This document shows positions 57,400 to 63,922 of a DNA stretch of 64,000 bases, one piece after another. The notes below the pieces were generated by a model that had not been told where the DNA came from, did not search any database, and saw nothing but the letters and a program-made list of their open reading frames with translations. Source of the stretch: Candidatus Saccharimonadota bacterium (GTDB taxonomy: Bacteria; Patescibacteriota; Saccharimonadia; Saccharimonadales; 2-12-FULL-41-12); the NCBI GenBank assembly GCA_022842995.1, contig JALHOM010000005.1, forward strand, positions 6,503 to 70,502, written 5' to 3'. The stretch's first letter is position 1; the number at the start of each line of letters is the position of its first letter. A program made the position numbers and the translations under genes.

Positions 57400-58140
57400 T
57401 CAGGTCGTTGGTTTTTTGCCAATAAACAATCGTCGGTTGAGTCCTTCAGGGTCTATATATACTTCTAACCCGGCTTTAACGAATGCATCTGTTATTTCCT
57501 CATCTGTATACAGTGCTAATTCATGGACTTCTACAAAATGATCGACTGTATCGTTTCTGCCGACCATGTGATGCATGTTGAGTGTTGATATCTTGCCATC
57601 GTTTGTATGTGTGCCCATCCTTGACACCCAGATTCCGTCACCCGACCCAGACTCTAGTGAAATATATCCTGGGATCAAGTCTTCTACTCGTAGCCAAGGT
57701 TCAATTAAAACTAAGCCGCCTGGCTTGGTGTGGTTTGCCATTTTGGCCAGCGCAATATCCAAATTTTCTTTTGATTTTAAATAGCCAATTGAGCTGAAAA
57801 GACATAGAACCGTATCGTACTGTTTGCCAGTATTAAAATTGAGCATGTCTGCTTGAAAAATATTTATTTCTGGCAATCGCTGTTTTGCTGCGGCAACTTG
57901 TTCTGGCGAAAGGTCAAAACCTTCTACGGTAAACTCGTCTTCTAGGTACCCTAGGTAGGTTCCTGTGCCACATGCAACTTCAAGAATTTCATTTCCTCCC
58001 GACTCGCAATGATCTTCAATAATCTTTGTAATTTTTGCGGCCTCAGCAGCGTAGTTTTTATTTGCATATAAAAGATCGTAAATCTCCGCCGTCATATGGG
58101 AGTATGGGGGGTGTTCTTTGATGGGGACTGTTTCGCTCAT
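57400..58140 (-). CDS. class I SAM-dependent methyltransferase
   Basis: Motif I ILEVACGTGTY, post-I EGFDLS and motif II/III. Confidence 0.8.
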   Translation of the reverse strand: MSETVPIKEHPPYSHMTAEIYDLLYANKNYAAEAAKITKIIEDHCESGGNEILEVACGTGTYLGYLEDEFTVEGFDLSPEQVAAAKQRLPEINIFQADMLNFNTGKQYDTVLCLFSSIGYLKSKENLDIALAKMANHTKPGGLVLIEPWLRVEDLIPGYISLESGSGDGIWVSRMGTHTNDGKISTLNMHHMVGRNDTVDHFVEVHELALYTDEEITDAFVKAGLEVYIDPEGLNRRLFIGKKPTT

Positions 58141-58279
58141 AGGATTAGCATATCAAATATGAGTGAAACTATAGTTCTAAATAGTCTGCTTGTTTCCATC
58201 TACAGCTTGATTTAACTGGACAAAGCCGGCTCCAGAGATTTAAGTATCGGTTAAGTTTTGGTCTTGGTATAATGCGGCT

Positions 58280-58942
58280 ATGGCTGATAATAGTGACAAA
58301 TACCCGCTAGCGCTTGGACAATTGCCTGACTATATGGTGCCTTTTGACTCAGAACATGCATTGCCTAATTATGCAGAGCAGCTCCAGGCTACGTCAGTGC
58401 TTCGATCTGCAATTGAAGATAAAGTCTTAGAAACAATTCATCGATTAAGTCCTGCTTCTGAAAATGATGGCACATTTTCTAGAGTTGTTTTGGATAGCTT
58501 TGATTTTAATGGTGACCCAGTGGTTATTGAGATTGATTGTATCGACAATGTAACTCATCCTGAATTGCCACCATATTGTGTGCAGTTTTTTGAGGGTCCA
58601 AAACGCCTAGACGGTTCATATTTAAGATGTCATCATTACACCGTTCCATATATCTATAGCGACGAAGGGGTAACTAGGCGAGATGTTGATTTAGTAAAAT
58701 TTCCAGATCTAGAACAAACAAATATAAAGCCAAGAAAATACCCAATCCCCATTGCTGAAGCTGTAGGGATTATAATTGAGGGGTTTGAAGTCGCTCAGAG
58801 GGCTTTAGCAGAAGAAAAAAGGCTAGGGTTGAATGATCAGCCAATTGGTATTCTTGAGGCAAAAAATATCTCACTTATAATTTCTAGAAGTAAGCCTGAA
58901 TCCGCTAGTCGTATTCTTCGAAAGAAGAACTCTAAAAGCTGA
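58280..58942 (+). CDS. hypothetical protein
   Basis: 220-aa ORF with no recognisable motif. Confidence 0.45.
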   Translation: MADNSDKYPLALGQLPDYMVPFDSEHALPNYAEQLQATSVLRSAIEDKVLETIHRLSPASENDGTFSRVVLDSFDFNGDPVVIEIDCIDNVTHPELPPYCVQFFEGPKRLDGSYLRCHHYTVPYIYSDEGVTRRDVDLVKFPDLEQTNIKPRKYPIPIAEAVGIIIEGFEVAQRALAEEKRLGLNDQPIGILEAKNISLIISRSKPESASRILRKKNSKS

Positions 58943-58989
58943 TATGCGGCCCATTGTTCATGGGATTATGATAGCACTTTGATATGTAG

Positions 58990-59304
58990 CTAAGCCTTTT
59001 GCTTACTTTTATTCCGATACATAACAATGCCGACCAATACTGCCAATGGGGCGAGATTAAGCATCAATGCGATCACTTTTTGCAGAGGGGAATTGTAGTC
59101 GGAAGTTACAATAAACGGAAACCCTATATGTTTATTACCACCAGCTCCACAACTAGAGTTATCACTTACTCTTTCTAAAAAACTAATCGAGCCCGAGTAG
59201 CAAGTTTTGTCAAAATTCAAAGCCAGAGCAAGTCCTATAGCGGGCGCAATAAACTGTGCGAGTATATATACGACGGCAGTTGCCAGGAGTAACTTTTGCT
59301 TCAT
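58990..59304 (-). CDS. hypothetical small membrane protein
   Basis: 104 aa with N- and C-terminal hydrophobic helices. Confidence 0.45.
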   Translation of the reverse strand: MKQKLLLATAVVYILAQFIAPAIGLALALNFDKTCYSGSISFLERVSDNSSCGAGGNKHIGFPFIVTSDYNSPLQKVIALMLNLAPLAVLVGIVMYRNKSKQKA

Positions 59305-59481
59305 GGATTAATCATAGCAAATCTGGAAACCCGCTTAAGGAATTTAAGGTTCTGGGTTTCTATGGTTTGGTAATTCTGTCCTTATAAACTTCTTAGTTTC
59401 ATAAGATTTTGGTCGATTTCTTTTATGATGCGAGGGTACCGTTGCCTATCGTAGTGGTTTAGGATCCGTTAGTATAGTGAT

Positions 59482-60120
59482 ATGAACTTAAAGCTTGCCA
59501 AGAAAAAACAGGATGAGCTTCATGCTACGGCGTCGGAGTTGTTGTCTGAGAAGTCTGTCATCGAACTGCTCAGTAAGTACGGTGAACTTCGATTTGTGGG
59601 TAGCTATGCGGCGAAATTGATGGTCAAGCCTGACGTCGACATGGAAATCGTGAATCCGGATATATCGTCTGATGATGTTATTGAATTGACTCGTACTTTC
59701 TTTGCCATGAAAGATAATTATAGTGTTGAAATTGCCGACGGCACGGAATATATCCGTCGCCCCGGGCACCCGAGAGGCTATTTTCTTGGCGTAAATACTA
59801 TGTATCAGAATGTGAGGTGGCATATGGACATCTGGATCACGCGTGAGCCAATTGACACATCGGGTAGCGCCTATGTTTCTCTTCGTAAACAGGACTGGTA
59901 TTTGGACACAGACCCAGAATTACTCGATATAATTTTGCTCATTAAGCATCAATTGAATGAGGCTGGGGTCTACGTCAAATATGCATCGGCAAATGTCTAT
60001 GAGTCGGTGCTTGAGGGTGGGGTTAGGTCGATTGCAGATTTTTATAAATGGGCAGAAAACTATGATACCGAGGCTTTATTTCGGCGGGGTGGATCTGAGG
60101 GTACGCGGACGGCTGGGTAA
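59482..60120 (+). CDS. putative nucleotidyltransferase-fold protein
   Basis: FVGSYAAKLMVKPDVDMEI fits the hG[GS]-x9-13-Dh[DE]h minimal NTase motif. The rest is unassigned. Confidence 0.45.
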   Translation: MNLKLAKKKQDELHATASELLSEKSVIELLSKYGELRFVGSYAAKLMVKPDVDMEIVNPDISSDDVIELTRTFFAMKDNYSVEIADGTEYIRRPGHPRGYFLGVNTMYQNVRWHMDIWITREPIDTSGSAYVSLRKQDWYLDTDPELLDIILLIKHQLNEAGVYVKYASANVYESVLEGGVRSIADFYKWAENYDTEALFRRGGSEGTRTAG

Positions 60121-60133
60121 AATGGGGGCCTTT

Positions 60134-61360
60134 TTACTCAGCCTGAGCTTTTGCAGGTTGTGTTAACGAATATACGGCGGCGCTATGCGCACGTACAAGC
60201 ATCTGGCGAACCGCTTCGGCTGTCTCTTCGTCTGAAAGCATGGTGTTATTTAGTATTTGATCAGGTACTTTAAGACCTAGTACTTTAGTTATTAGTTCAG
60301 CTTTCCGTTGTAGTATTCGATCAATTGTTACCGTGTCGTTATCGGCGACGAGAGTGATGTTATCTGGATATTGGATAGGTTCTCGTTGGCTGTTATTTTT
60401 ATAGAACTCTAAGAATTGGTTCCATAGATCCTGTTCGGGCACTTCTGAAAGTTGGACAAGGGCGTCAAAATGAGATTTGAGTTTTTGGGCGCCCATGCCG
60501 CTGACGTGGTGTAACTCATATTTGTACTCGTGCTCGCCCATCCGGGACTCAGTTGCGTTAATCCATGACTCTAAGCTTGTTCCTGCAAGTCGCAGGGCAT
60601 TTTCTCTTATCCTGGCAATTCTATTGGATCTTTCTACTAAGACTTCTTCGCTTTCGGGTATGCGTAAGAACTCTACGTTTTCTTCACTTAACATTTGCGC
60701 GCCAAGGACTCTCGGGTCTTGATTTCTAATTTGGTAACGCTCGGACACAATTCTTTTAGCTAATTTCATTTTTGCGATATGATATTCTTTTTGAGCAAAA
60801 ATATCTTCAGAAAGCATTTGAGCAATAGCGAGTAGTTCTTCTACCGGTAATTCTTCGCCTGTTGGATCTTGATCGGTACGGTATGTATCTAGATCACTTA
60901 AAGCGGACCTGGCGTTTAATACGCGCTCAGTCGCGTCATTGGTCTGCTTGGTTATTTTTAGTCGTTCCTGGATCTCTTCCCCTTGAAGAAACTTTTGAGT
61001 CACTTCAGTCAGTAAGATAGATTCGGCAGAATTAGGGTTAGTATAAGGGCTTCCTTCAGCTTCGGCTGAGGCAACTATTCTGATTCCGTATACCATGTTA
61101 ATGGTTCGATTGACAGCTTCAGACTTTGAGAGTTCGTTAAGGCTAGACAATACTCCTGGTAAATCTTTGTTCCGTACTTTTTGAAGTGCCATTAAAATGA
61201 ATTGATCATCGACTTGATTTGGGTCCATCAAGCCTACGACCTCAAGGATATCTCGGGCAAAAGTATAATCGTCATCTGCGCCACTAGGTGCATCGAAGTC
61301 TGCACGGTAAGAGAGCGCAGTTGAGGCAGTATCGGGATTTAAACGCCATGTCTCGTTCAT
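60134..61360 (-). CDS. hypothetical helical protein
   Basis: 408-aa ORF with no recognisable motif. Confidence 0.5.
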   Translation of the reverse strand: MNETWRLNPDTASTALSYRADFDAPSGADDDYTFARDILEVVGLMDPNQVDDQFILMALQKVRNKDLPGVLSSLNELSKSEAVNRTINMVYGIRIVASAEAEGSPYTNPNSAESILLTEVTQKFLQGEEIQERLKITKQTNDATERVLNARSALSDLDTYRTDQDPTGEELPVEELLAIAQMLSEDIFAQKEYHIAKMKLAKRIVSERYQIRNQDPRVLGAQMLSEENVEFLRIPESEEVLVERSNRIARIRENALRLAGTSLESWINATESRMGEHEYKYELHHVSGMGAQKLKSHFDALVQLSEVPEQDLWNQFLEFYKNNSQREPIQYPDNITLVADNDTVTIDRILQRKAELITKVLGLKVPDQILNNTMLSDEETAEAVRQMLVRAHSAAVYSLTQPAKAQAE

Positions 61361-61477
61361 TAAATATTATTATACCATATTTCTCTACGTTAAAGAAATA
61401 TTTGTCAAATAGATTAATGAATGTGTCTTAGGGGAAATTGAGGGCAGGGAAATGCACGTTGTTCTTGGCCTGAAAGC

Positions 61478-61514
61478 GCCAGGGCAAACGCACGACTACA
61501 GCCATGCTTGGAAT
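61478..61514. repeat. partial copy (37 nt) of element X, copy X1
   Basis: GCCAGGGCAAACGCACGACTACAGCCATGCTTGGAAT matches 63320-63356 and 61691-61727 with a few substitutions. Confidence 0.85.
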
Positions 61515-61520
61515 GTATTG

Positions 61521-61659
61521 TAGTGGCCAGGACTCGCCCACGTTCCGCGGTCACTTTCAGCGACCCCGAGATTTCGTTCAATCAAGCACAGTTTGATGAA
61601 GAAAGTCTCCTTGCAATGAGCCCACTGGGCTTTTTCACCTGGGACCTTTTAGCGTCCTG
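61521..61659 (-). repeat. element Y copy A: degenerate tRNA-fMet 3' portion with a ~101-nt insert in the T-loop
   Basis: It shares GGCCAGGACTCG-CCCACGTTCCGCGG and AGCCCACTGGGCTTTTTCA-CCTGGGACCTTTTAGCGTCCTG with copies B and C. The middle of the insert is unrelated. Confidence 0.85.
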
Positions 61660-61690
61660 GAGCCGAGACATAAGCGCATGTTCAAAAAAA

Positions 61691-61727
61691 GCCAGGGCAA
61701 GCGCACGACTGCAACCATGCTCGGAAT
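61691..61727. repeat. partial copy (37 nt) of element X, copy X2
   Basis: GCCAGGGCAAGCGCACGACTGCAACCATGCTCGGAAT. It is followed at 61733-61762 by GGGGCCAGGAATATAGCTTCGCGCCGG, which combines a tRNA acceptor/T-stem fragment with the motif also present at 63803-63820. Confidence 0.85.
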
Positions 61728-62019
61728 GCATAGAAGGGGCCAGGAATATAGCTTCGCGCCGGCTCGTCTAGATTAATTTAAAAAGGTAGGACGAGTCGGG
61801 CTCTGCTTATAATTTGCACGATGCAAATTATCGAACCTTTTTGGCTCAAGCCCTAGACCCAAAATACCAAGAAAAAACAGCCACACGAGGTGACTGTCTT
61901 TTCTTGGTAGATTACGTGCAATCGAATTGAAACCTAATCTCAGCTTAGTTATTGAAGTGCCGGGCTATATGAATTTCATGAGTTTGAAAGAATTTGCTGT
62001 ATTGAGTGTTTTGCTATAA

Positions 62020-63096
62020 CTATTTGATTTTGAAACCGACTCTTATTTTACCTATGCCTTTTTCGGCGCTTACAGCATCATTAACAGTAATTGCGTCGGC
62101 TCGCGTAGGGGCATCAATCCCAAGGGTAGTTTCAATAGTGCTCCCAGCCGCAACGTCTGGTTGGAAGGGCTGGCCTGGCATGGGATAAATACCGCCTGCC
62201 TCTGAATATGTTCCTTGCTGCGAAGCGGAGCCTATATTCGACAGCCGAAACGGCTTATCCGTAGAATTTTCAATTCTTAATGTAGTTATTACAAATATTC
62301 CTACATACGCTTTTTCATTGCCGAGTGTCGGACTAAACTCTGTCTTTAATATGGTTACCTTAACCCCATCTACTTCTGCCGTAGAGCCGAGCGGAAGACG
62401 TTTGTCTTGTGTGGGCGTCGGTGAAATTGGCTCAGGTGAAATTATTTGTTGCGCATTATTGTGTGATAGTAAAGCAGAGATTCCACCAAATACTACGGTA
62501 GTCACAATGACAGTAATAATTAAGTATGTCTTCTTAAGCTTGACACTAAATTTCAATAGAAGCGTATAAATAACAAAGAAAAAGAGCAATGAGACAATTA
62601 GGAACACCGTATCCTTGACGAAGTGCATTAAAATTCCCGGTATCAAAAATAGCAAGTGAGCGATTATTATATTTCGTTTTTGCACCCAAGTCATGTTAAA
62701 TAGCCGCAATATTCCAAAGACCAGAAGCGGTGCTAGCGTTATGAAAAGTAGAGGTAAAATAAATAGTTCGAGCAGCAGCGAATCGAATATGCCAAATCGG
62801 TACACGAAGAACGAAGAGCCAAAAATTATTTTCAGTAAGGCAACAACCAAAGTACTGAAGATCGCCAACATATATAGATTTTGTGGTTTGAATGCCGTAA
62901 TCTCTTTTGATGCCCTATTGTCATTTTCAAATGGTTTAAATGATTCATGTATATGTTCTTCACTCCATCCATGATTGCGAAAATGATCTTGTAGTTGATT
63001 AATAGGATAGCCATGCCGCAGATGCTCTTTGATGTATTCATGGATACTATGTTTATTATCTAACATGTCACTGATTATAACAGCCAGGAACTTCAT
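62020..63096 (-). CDS. polytopic membrane protein with C-terminal extracellular beta-rich domain (DUF4352-like)
   Basis: ORF 62020..63267. Its first 57 codons are read from the tRNA-derived repeat, and the same 36 aa also head the spurious ORF 63311..63589. The real start is taken as ATG 63096 (MKFLAVIISD...). It has five or six TM helices, then GSTAEVDGVKVTILKTEF...FVITTLRIENSTDKPF. The gene looks AT-rich by eye. Confidence 0.55.
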   Translation of the reverse strand: MKFLAVIISDMLDNKHSIHEYIKEHLRHGYPINQLQDHFRNHGWSEEHIHESFKPFENDNRASKEITAFKPQNLYMLAIFSTLVVALLKIIFGSSFFVYRFGIFDSLLLELFILPLLFITLAPLLVFGILRLFNMTWVQKRNIIIAHLLFLIPGILMHFVKDTVFLIVSLLFFFVIYTLLLKFSVKLKKTYLIITVIVTTVVFGGISALLSHNNAQQIISPEPISPTPTQDKRLPLGSTAEVDGVKVTILKTEFSPTLGNEKAYVGIFVITTLRIENSTDKPFRLSNIGSASQQGTYSEAGGIYPMPGQPFQPDVAAGSTIETTLGIDAPTRADAITVNDAVSAEKGIGKIRVGFKIK

Positions 63097-63157
63097 CCTG
63101 TCGAATATGATTCGGACTAAAAAAGAATCACTTAGATAGCATCTATGTAATATCGAA

Positions 63158-63286
63158 ATGGTAGCGGGGCCAGGACTCGCCCACGTTCCGCGGGCCCGCC
63201 ACAACATCTTTGCAAAGCCAGTTTGCAAGAGTTGATGGCCTTGCAAAAGCCCACTGGGCTTTCTCACCTGGGACCTTTAGCGTCCT
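63158..63286 (-). repeat. element Y copy B: tRNA-fMet 3' portion (position ~44 to CCA) with an 87-nt insert in the T-loop
   Basis: Minus sense: CAGGACGCTAAAGGTCCCAGG-T-[GAGAAAGCCCAGTGGGCTTTTGCAAGG...GGCGGGCCCGCGGAACGTGGG]-CGAGTCCTGGCCCCGCTACCA. The flanks are identical to the genuine tRNA at 63670-63700. Confidence 0.9.
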
Positions 63287-63318
63287 GAAAATGGAATCTA
63301 GGGATATGATTTATAAAA

Positions 63319-63439
63319 AGGGCCAGGGCAAACGCACGGCTACAGCCATGCTCGGAATAAATTCCTGCGCGTGGCTTTGCCGACCGAACCGTGTGACCTT
63401 CGCCAGCAAGCTGGCGGGTCCCAGGTTCAAGCCCTGGCC
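63319..63439. repeat. element X (full copy): 121-nt hairpin-rich element closed by a perfect 10-bp stem GGGCCAGGGC/GCCCTGGCCC
   Basis: Positions 63416-63439 are an inverted, uninterrupted copy of the tRNA-fMet T-arm/acceptor junction (22 of 24 nt match 63677-63700). Internal hairpins are CGCCAG-CTTG-CTGGCG, GGAA-TTTA-TTCC and GCATGGC-TGTA-GCCGTGC (minus sense). Confidence 0.9.
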
Positions 63440-63441
63440 CA

Positions 63442-63472
63442 TAAAGAAAAAAATCCCAGCAAATGCTGAGAT
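63442..63472 (-). terminator. Rho-independent terminator downstream of Y copy C
   Basis: Minus sense: AATCTCAGC-ATTT-GCTGGGATT followed by TTTTTTTCTTT. Confidence 0.7.
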
Positions 63473-63479
63473 TCTTTTC

Positions 63480-63607
63480 TTGGTAGCGGGGCCAGGACTC
63501 GCCCACGTTCCGCGGGCCCGCCACAACATCTTTGCAAAGCCAGTTTGCAAGAGTTGATGGCCTTGCAAAAGCCCACTGGGCTTTCTCACCTGGGACCTTT
63601 AGCGTCC
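63480..63607 (-). repeat. element Y copy C (identical to copy B over ~127 nt; 322-bp period)
   Basis: By eye, 63480-63606 is identical to 63158-63284. The copies diverge beyond GCGTCC. Confidence 0.9.
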
Positions 63608-63633
63608 CAGCCTCGAGTCCGGCATCACCGACC

Positions 63634-63663
63634 AAGTAAAAGACCCCATCTTGCGATGAGGTC
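63634..63663 (-). terminator. Rho-independent terminator of tRNA-fMet
   Basis: Minus sense: GGACCTCATC-GCAA-GATGGGGTCT (GNRA loop, two G-U pairs) followed by TTTTACTT. It starts 6 nt after the CCA end. Confidence 0.65.
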
Positions 63664-63669
63664 CATTAC

Positions 63670-63744
63670 TTGGTAGCGGGGCCAGGACTCGAACCTGGGA
63701 CCTTGTGGTTATGAGCCACACGAGCTGCCACTGCTCTACCCCGC
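63670..63744 (-). tRNA. tRNA-fMet (initiator-like, anticodon CAU), CCA encoded
   Basis: CGCGGGGTAGAGCAGTGGCAGCTCGTGTGGCTCATAACCACAAGGTCCCAGGTTCGAGTCCTGGCCCCGCTACCA. The 5' CGCGGGG...GAGCAG resembles the E. coli initiator and positions 1:72 are unpaired (C:U). The anticodon stem has only two consecutive G-C pairs instead of three. Confidence 0.85.
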
Positions 63745-63762
63745 GATATATATTGTGTACTT

Positions 63763-63789
63763 GATTATAGCTGATTGGGCGATTACACA
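63763..63789 (-). promoter_or_regulatory. candidate sigma70-type promoter of tRNA-fMet
   Basis: Minus sense: TTGTGT (63784-63789), a 15-nt spacer, then TATAAT (63763-63768), 18 nt upstream of tRNA position 1. The spacer is short, so confidence is low. Confidence 0.3.
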
Positions 63790-63795
63790 ACCAGC

Positions 63796-63922
63796 ATTGT
63801 GGTTATATTGCTTCGCGCCGGGATCACTATTTCTATAAGGGAAGGTGACCTCGGGCTCGGCATATATTCTCCTTGATCAGTCGAATATGAGCCGCTCGCG
63901 AGCTGCCACTGCTCTACCCCGC
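63796..63922 (-). pseudogene. tRNA-fMet-derived fragment: positions 1-37 and 38-46 separated by a ~79-nt insert in the anticodon loop; T-arm and acceptor 3' strand missing
   Basis: Minus sense: CGCGGGGTAGAGCAGTGGCAGCTCG (identical to the tRNA for 26 nt, including the upstream ATATAT), then CGAGCGGCTCATA-[insert]-ATAACCACAA. The similarity then fades. Confidence 0.7.

Noticed and set aside
61904-61990. Possible additional tRNA on the minus strand beginning at the CTACCAAG remnant
   Set aside because: Only the CTACCA end and the terminator-like hairpin are retained. The upstream sequence (GGTTTCAATTCGATTGCACGTAAT) cannot form a cloverleaf.
63319-63439. Element X as SRP (4.5S) RNA or 6S RNA
   Set aside because: It is a long closed hairpin of the right size. 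However, the domain IV signature (GGAA tetraloop with flanking AGCA/GGUCC symmetric-loop motifs) is absent, and partial copies of X occur elsewhere, which is not expected for ffs.
63416-63439. Plus-strand T-arm-like CCAGG-TTCAAGC-CCTGG as evidence of a plus-strand tRNA gene
   Set aside because: No acceptor partner, D-arm or anticodon arm can be built on the plus strand. The CCTGG strand is part of the X closing stem, so it is an inverted fragment of tRNA-fMet.
63158-63480. X+Y unit as a tmRNA (5'/3' ends pair, tRNA-like CCA end, ~320 nt)
   Set aside because: The acceptor strand CCCCGCU lacks the G3:U70 alanine identity pair. There is no GGGGCUGAUUCUGGAUUCGAC-type 5' end and no plausible resume codon or tag reading frame ending in a hydrophobic ...LAA-type tail. 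The 5'/3' pairing would leave an 8-nt rather than a 4-nt tail.
63210-63790. ORFs 63210..63557 (+), 63264..63635 (-), 63311..63589 (-), 63599..63790 (-); 61508..61771 (+); and the first 57 codons of ORF 62020..63267
   Set aside because: All are read straight through the tRNA gene or the X/Y repeats. The identical 36-aa 'N-terminus' MRKPSGLLQGHQLLQTGF... appears twice only because the DNA repeat is duplicated. None has an SD motif or a protein-like composition.
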